Virus record (IMG/VR): IMGVR_UViG_3300039452_000187
Span: 33,555 to 97,554 of that record
Reading direction: 5' to 3' (one strand)
Source of the DNA: a virus
Taxonomy: Duplodnaviria > Caudoviricetes
DNA length: 64,000 nucleotides
In this document: positions 9,441 through 18,651 of the stretch, in pieces
How positions within the stretch are numbered: the first letter of the stretch is position 1
Layout: every line of letters begins with the position of its first letter
Translations under genes and position numbers: made by a program
The notes under the pieces: generated by a model
Told to the model about the DNA's origin: nothing
Seen by the model: only the letters and a program-made list of their open reading frames with translations
Database searches by the model: none

Positions 9441-11158
9441 TCCGGGAAATCCTCACTTAGATCCTCGCAACCGCCCGTGGTCCCAGGCAGCCCGGCATTC
9501 AAGATGCCAAACTGAAAATCCTCTGCCGCATAGCCCACGATCCCAGGGTCCAGGCTTGAGCTATCCATGGTCGGTGGCACCGCACTCACCAGTTTGGACG
9601 CCCGGTTCTGGTAGTTGTATTCGTACTTGCCGCTCACCCGGTACTTGAGCTGTGTCCCATCCCCGGTGGGCTCTATCTGATCGGTGATGATCTCCATTTT
9701 GCTCCGGACAATCGTGGGATCGCCGAGGCACGGGTGCGGCAGCTTGGGTTTGCCCCCTTCCCGTTCCGCGACCCACTCCACAAACAATTTCGAGGTCGTC
9801 TGGGCCAGCTTGATATTGACCGCGGCCACCGGCGACTGGTCATCGGCAATGGGCAGCTGGATGATATGGTCGTGGTGCCGCCAGATCATGCTGATGAGGT
9901 ACGTGGTGTACAGGCCGAGATCAAGCGGAATCACCCACAGGCTGTTGAAGTCTGTCGGCAGGACCGGCACGAGCGAGATGGACGGTGGCGTACCCCCCGG
10001 CGGCGGCGCGTCCTCGCTCAACTGACCGGTCAGCACCGTCACCAGCGGCAGCACGTCCTGGCACGGGCTGGCAAAGCCAGGCGCATATTGTTTCATCCCC
10101 GCGCTACCGCGCGTCCCCGGATCAGGAGCTATGTCCGGGACTCCCGGAATCGCCGTGTTGAACCGAACGGGGTTGAGAGGCAGGGCCTTGAGTCGGGCCG
10201 GGTCGCCGACCAGTTGCGCCTTCACCATGACTTCGATGACGTTATCCGCCAGGTGCTCCGTGACCGCCGCCCCGCGCAGGACGACATCCTTGCCGAAGAC
10301 CCCGGTAGGCCCGAGCACCTTGTTGACGCAGAGATCCACCGCTGTCGAAATCAGCGCCCCCTTGTCGCTGAGCTTCGGTCCTTCCAGGCGCACCCGGCAT
10401 TCGGCCAGGCGCACACCGCCGCCGGGCGCCACCGTGGATTCGATATATTGGCCGTCCCATTTCGTGGCCGGCGCCGGCGCTTGCAAGTAAACTTCCTGGT
10501 CGATCACCGTATATTGCAAGGCCAAGCCGTCTTCCTGGACCACCCAATCAATGCCGTCGCGGCGAAAACCGTAAGGGATGGGCGGCAGCACCAGACTTTT
10601 GCAGGAATCGGCGCTCAGGTTGTCAAACTCGGCATCCACATGCAGGCTGACCCGCCCTACCGTCGTCAGGGTGCTGTAGAAATTATGGTTGATGCGCACA
10701 TTGGTGCGCCAGCGGTGGGAAGCAATCTGCTGCAGCACATCGCCGGCATCGGGACACTCCACGAGGTTGAACTCCACCGAATAGTCGATAATAAACGTCT
10801 CGGTGCCGGCAATCTTGACGACGGAATGAACCCTGGGAAACGGCCCGTTCTTGACGTCGGGTGCTTTCACGTTAAACAAGGTATGGTTGGAATCGCTGCC
10901 GCCCACGGTGAAGGTCAAGTCCTGCCGGGGCTGAGCCAGGAGGTGGCGGATACTTTTCTCGATGGTCGATGGGCTGGTATTGTCGACGCCGCCCTGACCG
11001 GCCGGGAGCAGTTCGGAATTGATGCTGGCACGCACGTTCAGACGGAAACGGGTGTGGGAGTAATCCAGGTGCGCGAGGTCATCATAGACCGGTTCTTGCT
11101 CGATGCCATGCGTCAGAATGTGATCCAGGGTCAAGTCGCCAATGGTCAGCACAGACAT
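9437..11158 (-). CDS. Tail protein downstream of tape measure (distal tail/hub-like)
   Basis: 573 aa; position only. Confidence 0.6.
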   Translation of the reverse strand: MSVLTIGDLTLDHILTHGIEQEPVYDDLAHLDYSHTRFRLNVRASINSELLPAGQGGVDNTSPSTIEKSIRHLLAQPRQDLTFTVGGSDSNHTLFNVKAPDVKNGPFPRVHSVVKIAGTETFIIDYSVEFNLVECPDAGDVLQQIASHRWRTNVRINHNFYSTLTTVGRVSLHVDAEFDNLSADSCKSLVLPPIPYGFRRDGIDWVVQEDGLALQYTVIDQEVYLQAPAPATKWDGQYIESTVAPGGGVRLAECRVRLEGPKLSDKGALISTAVDLCVNKVLGPTGVFGKDVVLRGAAVTEHLADNVIEVMVKAQLVGDPARLKALPLNPVRFNTAIPGVPDIAPDPGTRGSAGMKQYAPGFASPCQDVLPLVTVLTGQLSEDAPPPGGTPPSISLVPVLPTDFNSLWVIPLDLGLYTTYLISMIWRHHDHIIQLPIADDQSPVAAVNIKLAQTTSKLFVEWVAEREGGKPKLPHPCLGDPTIVRSKMEIITDQIEPTGDGTQLKYRVSGKYEYNYQNRASKLVSAVPPTMDSSSLDPGIVGYAAEDFQFGILNAGLPGTTGGCEDLSEDFPD

Positions 11159-11182
11159 GGTTGCTGCTTTCTTAGGGTTGGC

Positions 11183-12562
11183 CTACCAGTTGGGCATGCG
11201 CGGGCGCTGAAAACGCCAATCATTCTGCTGCCGCTTCTGCCGCGCGTCCTGAGCCGTCTCGTTGAGCCAGGTGCCCATGTCGGTGCCGTCCTGGCGCTCG
11301 GCAATGCCAAGAATGCGGTTGACGCCGTTGGCGATGTCGCGGAGACTGCCGTGAATCTCGTTGCCGTTGCCGAAATTGCGGCTGAGCCAGTTGGCAATGG
11401 CCAAAGGCGTCAGGTTGGACAGGTCGAAATTGACAATGCCGCTGCCGATGTTGGCGAGTTTTTCACCGATCCAGTTGATGAGGGCCTGGAAGGCAATGGA
11501 GAGTTCGGCCGTGTCGTCGGCAAGCTGGTTATAGGCCCGCGACAGCTGCCGGGTGCTATCGGCCAACCGATCGCCCATCTGCATCTCACGCATGGCCCGC
11601 CGCGCATCGCTCTCGGCAAAGACCGCCGCCATGTTGCCGGAGAAGTTGGCGAGGCCACGCTGGGCTTCCAGGAGGCCGCCGGCAAAATCGCGTAGCAGCC
11701 CCGGCAAGGCGACGAACGCAACGCCGACCGCCAGGGCAGCGCTGGCCACACCCAGCAGACTCACCGTGGCCCCACCAGCCCCAGCGGCACCCGCCGCACC
11801 TGCGGCTCCCCCGCCGCCACCAGCCCCAGCGGCACCCGCCGCACCTGCGGCTCCCCCGGCCCCACCAGCCCCAGCGGCACCCGCCGCACCTGCGGCTCCC
11901 CCGGCGCCAGCGGCAAACGCCCGGCCGCCGCCAAAGAGGTTACTGACAATGTTGCCGAGCCCACCCAGGCCGCTCCGCACAATCCGGCCGCCCGTGGGGC
12001 CAAACTGGCGGCGCGCCGCCCGGCCGGCACGGGTACGAAAGCGCCGGAAGCCGCCGCGGAGTTGCTGGGAGCCGCCCGTGGCTCGCATGAAATTCCCGAT
12101 GGAACTTCCCACGGGTTGCCAGAGACCGCGCAACTGGTTCAAAAAGCGTTGGGCATCGGGCGGTAGCACCTGTTGCCAGATGCTGGGACCGTGGGCGGGC
12201 CGGGGCGGGCCGGCTGGTCCGGGTGGCGTACCTGGCGGCGGTGGCGGTGCGACTCCCGGGCCAGGCTGCACGTCCACATGGCCGGCGTGCAGCGTCAAGG
12301 TGGACAGGTTGGCGGTAAGCGCCAGCTGTAAAGGCGAGCCGAGGGACTGAAAGGCCGCCTGGACCGCAGCACCGATCTGGGACACCAGGGCACCGGCAAT
12401 GTTAGTGGCGAGAGCCGCGATATCAATGGGCGGGACGGGTGGTGGCGGCGGTGAGCCACCAGGAGGGCCACCGCCCGGTGGTGGCGGTGGGGGGGGCGGT
12501 GGAGGGGGAGGAAGGGGAGGAGGGGGTGGTGGTGGCGGGCTGCCTCCAGGAAATGCTGACAT
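11183..12562 (-). CDS. Short tape measure-like protein with poly-Pro N-terminus and Gly/Ala repeats
   Basis: Follows tail tube and frameshifting chaperones; Ala/Gly-rich, hydrophobic segment, helical C-terminus. Confidence 0.7.
   Translation of the reverse strand: MSAFPGGSPPPPPPPPLPPPPPPPPPPPPGGGPPGGSPPPPPVPPIDIAALATNIAGALVSQIGAAVQAAFQSLGSPLQLALTANLSTLTLHAGHVDVQPGPGVAPPPPPGTPPGPAGPPRPAHGPSIWQQVLPPDAQRFLNQLRGLWQPVGSSIGNFMRATGGSQQLRGGFRRFRTRAGRAARRQFGPTGGRIVRSGLGGLGNIVSNLFGGGRAFAAGAGGAAGAAGAAGAGGAGGAAGAAGAAGAGGGGGAAGAAGAAGAGGATVSLLGVASAALAVGVAFVALPGLLRDFAGGLLEAQRGLANFSGNMAAVFAESDARRAMREMQMGDRLADSTRQLSRAYNQLADDTAELSIAFQALINWIGEKLANIGSGIVNFDLSNLTPLAIANWLSRNFGNGNEIHGSLRDIANGVNRILGIAERQDGTDMGTWLNETAQDARQKRQQNDWRFQRPRMPNW
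11775..11902 (-). repeat. 45-bp-period tandem repeat x3 (GAAGAAGAAGAGGxG)
   Basis: ccagccccagcggcacccgccgcacctgcggctcccc at 11775, 11820 and 11865. Confidence 0.9.
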
Positions 12563-12580
12563 CGTTGCTCCCCTGTCTTC

Positions 12581-12912
12581 CTACCAGTCTCCGTTCGCGC
12601 TCCCAAACCGTTGCGTCCCACCACTGCCCCGCGGTTGCCGCTGTTGCGCTTCCCGCAGCGCTTCGGCCTGCGCTCGCGTCGCTGCCGCCTGCCCTTCCGA
12701 GTCCGTGACCGCCTCGTAGAAGCCCGGTGGCGGCTTGTTGCCCAGGATTAGGCTGATGGCGATGGCGAGGGGGAGGGACTGGCGGTACGTGAGCCGTTCG
12801 CGGTTGAGGATGATGCTGACGTGCTCGGCGTAGCTGAGGGGCCGGCCGAAGCTGCCGAGGCTGCCGCACTCGGCGGCGTCAACGAGTCCGCTATCCCGGC
12901 CTTTTTTTTTAA
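12581..12912 (-). CDS. Tail assembly chaperone, -1 frameshift extension (gpGT C-terminal part)
   Basis: The -1 frame is open from the slippery site to just before the tape measure. Confidence 0.75.
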
Positions 12913-13323
12913 CTCGCCCATGAACTGCGAGTAGTGCGACAGGAGCGCCAGGCACTCCGCATCCGTGAGGCCCCGGCGCCGGCTGGCCTCGTCGGTGTTG
13001 AACTCCTCCACCCCGAACGAGCGCCGGATCGTCGCCGTCAGGGACAAGAAGGCTTGCCGGGCTTGCGCCTGCGCGCCCGGGTGCTCCACCGTCAGTGTGG
13101 CCAGCTTCAGGTTGTGGTCAAACTCGGGATCCTCATAGAGCAGCACCTGGACGCGCAGAGGGTCCACTTCGCGCCAGCGGCTACCGTCGTGGAAGCGGTA
13201 GATGCAGCGCTCCGACTCGTTCCAGGGGCCGAAGTCGGGGAAGGCACCCGTGGCGGTGCGGCGGGGTGGCTTTGGGGGCTGACGGCGGGCAGCGGCTCGG
13301 GCTCTGGCAGAATGCTTGCTCAT
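12748..13323 (-). CDS. Tail assembly chaperone (gpG-like)
   Basis: Between tail tube and tape measure; ends ELKKKAG plus a Ser/Pro-rich tail. Confidence 0.75.
   Translation of the reverse strand: MSKHSARARAAARRQPPKPPRRTATGAFPDFGPWNESERCIYRFHDGSRWREVDPLRVQVLLYEDPEFDHNLKLATLTVEHPGAQAQARQAFLSLTATIRRSFGVEEFNTDEASRRRGLTDAECLALLSHYSQFMGELKKKAGIADSLTPPSAAASAASAGPSATPSTSASSSTANGSRTASPSPSPSPSA
12901..12912 (-). other. Programmed -1 ribosomal frameshift site TTA AAA AAA AAG
   Basis: A9G run containing the A AAA AAG heptamer at the canonical chaperone position, in a GC-rich genome. Confidence 0.85.
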
Positions 13324-13373
13324 GGCGTCAAGTAGACAGCCGGCGCGACGGGAAAGGCAAGAATGAGCAGAGA

Positions 13374-13892
13374 TCAGGTCGTTGTGCGATTGTAAAGCAC
13401 ATTGCTCGCGGTGGACCCCGAACTCCCGCTGTAGGGTAAGGCGAAGAAACTGAGGTTCCACACGCTTTGCCGGACGCCAATCTTGACGCGCTTGCTGCCA
13501 GTCATGCGTGCTTTCAAAAAATTCCAGGGCACCCCATCGGTCGGGGAGAGGACCAGGAGCCGGAAATACTTGCTCCCGGCGCCGAAGAGGGTGCCGGCCA
13601 CGTCCTGCAAGCCTTCGCTACCGCCCACGAACGTGGGCCGCAGCTTGGCGAGGATCGTTTCGTCATAGAACACGAGCTGCGCCCGGATGTTGGCCGTCTG
13701 GCCATAGCCCATCTCATCGAACGGAATTCGCCCCTCCGGGCCGCCGTTGGTGTCCGTGTAGATGGGCGAGACGTGGTCCTCGATCTCGATATCCACGCCA
13801 TCGACGCTGACACCCAGGATTTCCAGGGCTTGCGCGGAACCGGTGCCAGTCTTAATCTGGCTCTCGCCGCCGACGTGAATGGATTGAGACAT
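13374..13892 (-). CDS. Major tail tube protein
   Basis: 172 aa; LEILGVSVDGVDIEIE beta motif; synteny. Confidence 0.7.
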   Translation of the reverse strand: MSQSIHVGGESQIKTGTGSAQALEILGVSVDGVDIEIEDHVSPIYTDTNGGPEGRIPFDEMGYGQTANIRAQLVFYDETILAKLRPTFVGGSEGLQDVAGTLFGAGSKYFRLLVLSPTDGVPWNFLKARMTGSKRVKIGVRQSVWNLSFFALPYSGSSGSTASNVLYNRTTT

Positions 13893-13899
13893 GCTTCAC

Positions 13900-14433
13900 T
13901 CACGGCGCCAGCCGCCGCTCCTTACCGCGCACACCGAAAAACCGCCGGGCAATCGTCGTGTTCAGGTTGAGCTGGTCAATATCCGCCTGGCTCACAAACT
14001 GGTCCTTGGGCAGTCCCGCGTTGGCCTGATCCAGCAAGCCGAAGATCATCTCGCCTAAGCGCAGTCTGTGAAGTTTCTCCTGCGTGGACCGGTACAGTTC
14101 CGTGATCTTGGCCGCCGAGTCGCGCCGGGTGAGCAGAAACCACATGGCGATATCGGACACCAGCCGCTGCAGGAACACCGCCGAGACACCTGTGAGGGCC
14201 TGCAAATCGGTCGGCGTGTACTTCCCGCCCACCAGACAGGCTGCTTCGACTTCCCCCGAGGCCGCACTCAGGGCCGCCGCCAGGTTGCCGTCCGTGAGCA
14301 GGTCCGTGGGGCTGAGGCGGGTGCCCGTGTCCGAGCACAGGTCGCCGATCTGGCGCGCATCATGAAACGTGAGGCACTGGGCCGGGCTACAGTAACTGGT
14401 CGCACTGGACAGCGGCGTGGACACCAGCACCAC
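13900..14433 (-). CDS. Head-tail connector, Mu gp36/DUF1320-like
   Basis: YCSP...AALSAASGEVEAA..GGKY..L...LVSDIAMWFL..RR. Confidence 0.75.
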   Translation of the reverse strand: MVLVSTPLSSATSYCSPAQCLTFHDARQIGDLCSDTGTRLSPTDLLTDGNLAAALSAASGEVEAACLVGGKYTPTDLQALTGVSAVFLQRLVSDIAMWFLLTRRDSAAKITELYRSTQEKLHRLRLGEMIFGLLDQANAGLPKDQFVSQADIDQLNLNTTIARRFFGVRGKERRLAP

Positions 14434-14489
14434 TCCTCACGTCAGGGCCGAGACAGTGACATACTGTTGTCACCGTTTTCGAGGTCGTG

Positions 14490-15533
14490 TTAGCTGGTGC
14501 AGCTCGTAACATAATAACCAGCCGCCGGCGCCACCACGGCCGTGGCCACGTCATCGACGCACCGGCCCAGCGTGCGGCGGTTGTCGACATCTACCTTGGA
14601 TTCGACGGTCATTTCCTCGTAGCAGAACACCTGCGCCGTCGAGAACTCGGGGATACCCTCCATGCCGACCAGTCCGCCCGGCCGCGCCAGGAACACCGCC
14701 GTCTGGTTGGGCAGCACGTAACTCGTGGTCTTGCTGGTCGCGCCCTTTTTGCTGGTGACCTTCACCGCATCTTCCACAACCACCTTGATGCCGAAGAGGG
14801 TGGGCGGGAGCATCCAGCTTTCCCAATTGCCCGTCTCCTTGTCGTCGCCCCGGATAATGCCCAGAGCGTAAGGCGACTGCTTGAGCACGTCGCGCAGCTC
14901 TTCCGTCTCGCTCATGAGCCGGGCCGTGTGCGGGTTGATGACGCACACGAGATCCTTGCGCTGGACCACCCCGAGCGTGGCCTGGATGATGTTCTCCGCA
15001 ACCTGGTTAAAGGACTTGCGGATAAACTTGTCGGTCGCGCCCGAGACGTCCCAGAGGCCACCGCCGAGCGCGGTCGCGGTGCCGGTGTTGCCGGCCCAAT
15101 TCCCGGAGGTCGTGAGCTGGTTCCACACATTCTGGGTGCGGATCGTCATCATCTTGGCCGCCGAAATCCCGGCGTGGACTTGCAGGATGGGCCAGTCGGC
15201 CTGGTTGACGGCCTTTTGCCCCAGGTTGAATGGGGTCGCAAACCTCTGCGTCAAGAACTTCACGTACTGGAACGATTCCAGGTTCTGATTGCCCATCGGG
15301 GCTTCGGCGCCGTCGGCCCAGACGAAATCCTGGAGATTGGCGTTGATGACGCGCGCCGCCTCTTCGGCGGTGATTTGCAGGTAGTAGCCCGCCGACTTCG
15401 ACACCGGGACCAGCTTGATGTACTGGTTGAGCTTGAAGTCCTTGATGTTGCGGCTGAAAGCCACAATCAGGCCACCGCTGGCCTCGTGACTTGGAACGTA
15501 GGTATTACTCGACGCGGGGTAGCCGGCAGCCAT
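14490..15533 (-). CDS. Major capsid protein (HK97 fold)
   Basis: 347 aa; AGGAG RBS; LPPTLFGIKVVV and C-terminal VAPAAGYYV motifs. Confidence 0.85.
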   Translation of the reverse strand: MAAGYPASSNTYVPSHEASGGLIVAFSRNIKDFKLNQYIKLVPVSKSAGYYLQITAEEAARVINANLQDFVWADGAEAPMGNQNLESFQYVKFLTQRFATPFNLGQKAVNQADWPILQVHAGISAAKMMTIRTQNVWNQLTTSGNWAGNTGTATALGGGLWDVSGATDKFIRKSFNQVAENIIQATLGVVQRKDLVCVINPHTARLMSETEELRDVLKQSPYALGIIRGDDKETGNWESWMLPPTLFGIKVVVEDAVKVTSKKGATSKTTSYVLPNQTAVFLARPGGLVGMEGIPEFSTAQVFCYEEMTVESKVDVDNRRTLGRCVDDVATAVVAPAAGYYVTSCTS

Positions 15534-15687
15534 CGTTTATCTCCTGCACAAATCGGGCATGGATGCTGCCCGGATCAAGTCGTCTGCTCCCACTCTTCGC
15601 CGTTCCTGCGGCCAGCCCATCCGGCCGCACTGACAATGGATTGTCACTAACCGCCGTTACCATCTGCCCCCTGCTCCTGCGGCCGCG

Positions 15688-17499
15688 TTAGATCGGCACG
15701 AGGCCCACCTGGATGCAGGCGCCGGCCAGACCGGTCAGCGTGCCGCCCAGGGTGAGCGACAGCCGATCACCGGCCGCCAGCTGCAAGGTCGCCGCCGTGG
15801 CGATCAGTGTGCCACTCACCACCGTGTTGGCCGTGCCCGCCAGGGAGACCGTGCCCGTGAGCAGAGCCGTGCCGCCGCCCGGCGCAGTCGTCCCGGTATC
15901 CTTGTTGACTGTGACGGTGCCGGAGGAACTGGCCGTGCTGAAGACCGCTTTGAGGCTCTTGACCCGGTAAGCGCGGGTCGCCAGGAAGATCGTAAAGCTG
16001 CCCGCCGACGGAGCTGCCCCTTGGGTCTGAGCCCAGTTGGCCCAAGTGAGGCCATCCGAGACGCTGTTGATTTGGACTTCGCCGGCCGCCCCGGCTGTCC
16101 CGCCGGACGTGGTGCCGCCTGCACCGGGGACGAGGTTGATGTTGCCGCCTGCGCCACCGGTCCCGGCGCCGCTGGCATTGCCGCCCGCCCCGGCGGTCAA
16201 GGTGAGGGTGCCGCCGTTGCCGCCCGTGCCCGTGGCCGTGCCGCCACCGCCTGCACCGGTGAGGGCCAGCGCGCCGCCATTGCCACCCGTGCCCGCGCCG
16301 CTGGCCGCGATCCCCGCGCCGGAGACGAGGCTCGCCGCGCCGCCCGCCGCCCCGCCGCCCGTGCCCGCACCGGCGGTAATCGTGACCGCGCCACCGGTAC
16401 CGGAGGTTGCCCCGCCGGCCCCACCGGTAATCGTGACCGCGCCGCCACCGCCTGTGGCCCCGCCCGCGCCGCCAATGAGGCTCGCCGCTCCACCGGCCTG
16501 CGAACCGGACCCGGCGCCACCGGTCAAACTGGCCGCGCCACCGACAGAGTTGCCCGCCGTGCCCGCACCGCCCGTAATCGCCACGGCACCACCGGCGCCA
16601 CTCGTGGCCCCACCGGCACCACCCGTGAGCGTCAAGGCGCCACCACCCCCGGTCGCGCCACCGGCCCCGCCGATGAGGCTGGCAGCACCACCGTTGCCCG
16701 TGCCCGCCCCAGCACCACCGGTCATGCTGACCGCGCCACCGGCGTCATTGGTCGCCAGCGAGGCACCGCCCGTGATGGTGACCGCACCACCCGGACCCGT
16801 GGCCCCACCGTTGCCGCCCGCCCCGCCGGTAATAATCGTCGCGCCACCGGTCCCGGTCCCGGTTGCCGCACCGCCGATAAGGCTGGCCGCCCCGCCGTTG
16901 GAGTTGCCGGCCGTGGCCGCCCCACCGGTCATGCTGACCGCGCCACCGGCGCCGCTGCTGGAGCCGCCAGCCCCGCCTGCGATCGCGATAGCGCCGCCGT
17001 TGGCCGTGCTGTTGGCTGCGGCCTGGCCGGTGAAGGGGAAGGGAGTCGCCGCCGCTGTCAGCGAGGAGAATTGCCCCGCTGGGCCGGCGTAGCTGTTCAT
17101 GAGCACCACCTGGACCAGGCCGTACTGACCGGCCGGGGTGCTTTCGAGGGCGATGGCGCCCACATTTTGCGTCGTGCCGCCGCCGGGGGCTGTGACACCC
17201 GCGCCGTTGGCGTCGGATTTGAGGTAATCGCCGCGGGTAAAGCCGCCCGAGCCCGCGAGCAGATCGCAGATGTCGCCCAGGCCGAAGAGTTCCACCAGGT
17301 CGCCCTGCGCGGCCGCCAGCGTGGCGTTGCTGCCGGAGAGGCCGGGGGCATCGCGCGGACCCGCCTGGCTGATGCCGATGATGGCGCTGTTGGCGGTCGA
17401 CTGGATGCACATATTGTCGGCCGTCACGTCGATTTGCACGAACGTCGACACGCTGATGTTGCCGTTGGCGCGGAGTTGAGGTACTTGATTTCTGCTCAT
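15688..17499 (-). CDS. Capsid decoration/cement (DUF2190-like N-terminus) fused to Gly-rich 17-aa-repeat fibre
   Basis: AAAQGDLVELFGLG...GDYLKSDANGAGV, then about 20 GGAvxixGGAG repeats. Confidence 0.75.
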   Translation of the reverse strand: MSRNQVPQLRANGNISVSTFVQIDVTADNMCIQSTANSAIIGISQAGPRDAPGLSGSNATLAAAQGDLVELFGLGDICDLLAGSGGFTRGDYLKSDANGAGVTAPGGGTTQNVGAIALESTPAGQYGLVQVVLMNSYAGPAGQFSSLTAAATPFPFTGQAAANSTANGGAIAIAGGAGGSSSGAGGAVSMTGGAATAGNSNGGAASLIGGAATGTGTGGATIITGGAGGNGGATGPGGAVTITGGASLATNDAGGAVSMTGGAGAGTGNGGAASLIGGAGGATGGGGALTLTGGAGGATSGAGGAVAITGGAGTAGNSVGGAASLTGGAGSGSQAGGAASLIGGAGGATGGGGAVTITGGAGGATSGTGGAVTITAGAGTGGGAAGGAASLVSGAGIAASGAGTGGNGGALALTGAGGGGTATGTGGNGGTLTLTAGAGGNASGAGTGGAGGNINLVPGAGGTTSGGTAGAAGEVQINSVSDGLTWANWAQTQGAAPSAGSFTIFLATRAYRVKSLKAVFSTASSSGTVTVNKDTGTTAPGGGTALLTGTVSLAGTANTVVSGTLIATAATLQLAAGDRLSLTLGGTLTGLAGACIQVGLVPI

Positions 17500-17518
17500 C
17501 GCGGTTTACCCGTCCTGC

Positions 17519-17556
17519 AAAAGAAAAAGGGCCGTGCGGATTGATCGCACAGCCCC
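17519..17556 (-). terminator. Intrinsic terminator inside the late operon (copy 1 of duplicated element)
   Basis: GGGCTGTGCG-ATCAATC-CGCACGGCCC-TTTTTCTTTT. Confidence 0.75.
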
Positions 17557-17628
17557 CAGAACAGGCCGCGAATGGCGAGTCAGTTACTGGTGATCTAAGC
17601 CAGTTCGACTCGAAAACGTAAGCTCGCC

Positions 17629-18372
17629 TCAATCGGCGTGGCCCTTTTTGGTGGAACTAGAACCCCTCTGCCGCGCCTCCCTCATCACTTGATGCGGACA
17701 TGGGCCGAAGCGCTTAGCCCAATTACAATTCATGCACAACACCTGAAAACCGGGCGGATATCCATTCCTGTGCAGCCAGCGGCAAATGTTATAAGCTGCC
17801 CGACCGACTTCCTTGCGATGCTTAGCTCCGTCGTTGTTGGTGTGGTCGATCGTCAGAAAGACGAAAATTGTCTCGCCACAACAGGCACACTTCGCTCCCC
17901 CGTAACGCTCGAAAACTTTCCGTCGAAAATCGTCGTGTCGTCTCTTCGCACGTTCCTTACAGGCACGACACATCGCCATACCGTTTTCCGCCGGCTTATA
18001 GCAGCGAAGGCATTGCCCTGCAGCCCGCAACCGGCGAATCTTGGCTTTGATGAGTTTGAGGCATCGCTGGCAATTCTTGCGTCCCTTGGGATCGTCATTT
18101 ATGCCACCGCACGATATACACTGGCCAGCAGCGGCCCGTTGTCGCAAAACCTTCAAAGCATAGAGCCGCGCCGTTTCCTTACATTGCTGGCATTGGGCAT
18201 ATCCTTGATCGGTTGGCTTTCCGCAGTTACAAAGTCCTTTTGCCTTCCTGTCTCGGTATGCCTGTTTTGCTTTTTCGCTGCATCCTTGGCACCGGCTTTT
18301 TATTGCCGGCTCGCCACATTCAACACACAAACCTGCTTCACGCCGCCGCCGATAAAACTCCTTGTTCGTCAT
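17629..18372 (-). CDS. HNH endonuclease with N-terminal tandem CxxC zinc fingers
   Basis: CACCGE...LTIDHTNNDG...FQVLCMNCNWAK; lower GC than flanks. Confidence 0.85.
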   Translation of the reverse strand: MTNKEFYRRRREAGLCVECGEPAIKSRCQGCSEKAKQAYRDRKAKGLCNCGKPTDQGYAQCQQCKETARLYALKVLRQRAAAGQCISCGGINDDPKGRKNCQRCLKLIKAKIRRLRAAGQCLRCYKPAENGMAMCRACKERAKRRHDDFRRKVFERYGGAKCACCGETIFVFLTIDHTNNDGAKHRKEVGRAAYNICRWLHRNGYPPGFQVLCMNCNWAKRFGPCPHQVMREARQRGSSSTKKGHAD

Positions 18373-18475
18373 GACTGACTCCAGTTTCAGTGAGAAAGGA
18401 TCGTTTAAGTGATTCTCACGAATCTGTTGTCAGTTTTCTATGTCGGTTGCGTTTGTTAAGCTCCCTGCCTGCTCC

Positions 18476-18512
18476 AAAGAAAAAGGGGACCGTGCGCGGT
18501 GGCGCGGCCCCC
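18476..18512 (-). terminator. Intrinsic terminator (copy 2 of duplicated element)
   Basis: GGGGGCCGCGC-CACC-GCGCACGGTCCCC-TTTTTCTTT. Confidence 0.7.
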
Positions 18513-18651
18513 AGAACAGGCTGCGTATGGGTTATGGCCAAACTCCCCGGGAGATCAGGCCCGGTTTGGCCTGTTAGCACAGAGCCGCGCGACACGCGCC
18601 GGCCCCCGAAACACTTCCAAAGACTCCTACAAAGGCACTGTCACCAGCGGT

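Noticed and set aside
9734-11695. Long plus-strand ORFs (e.g. 653 aa here, 503 aa at 31830, 507 aa at 16021, 450 aa at 18499)
   Set aside because: Antisense shadows of real minus-strand genes in high-GC DNA; no recognisable motifs
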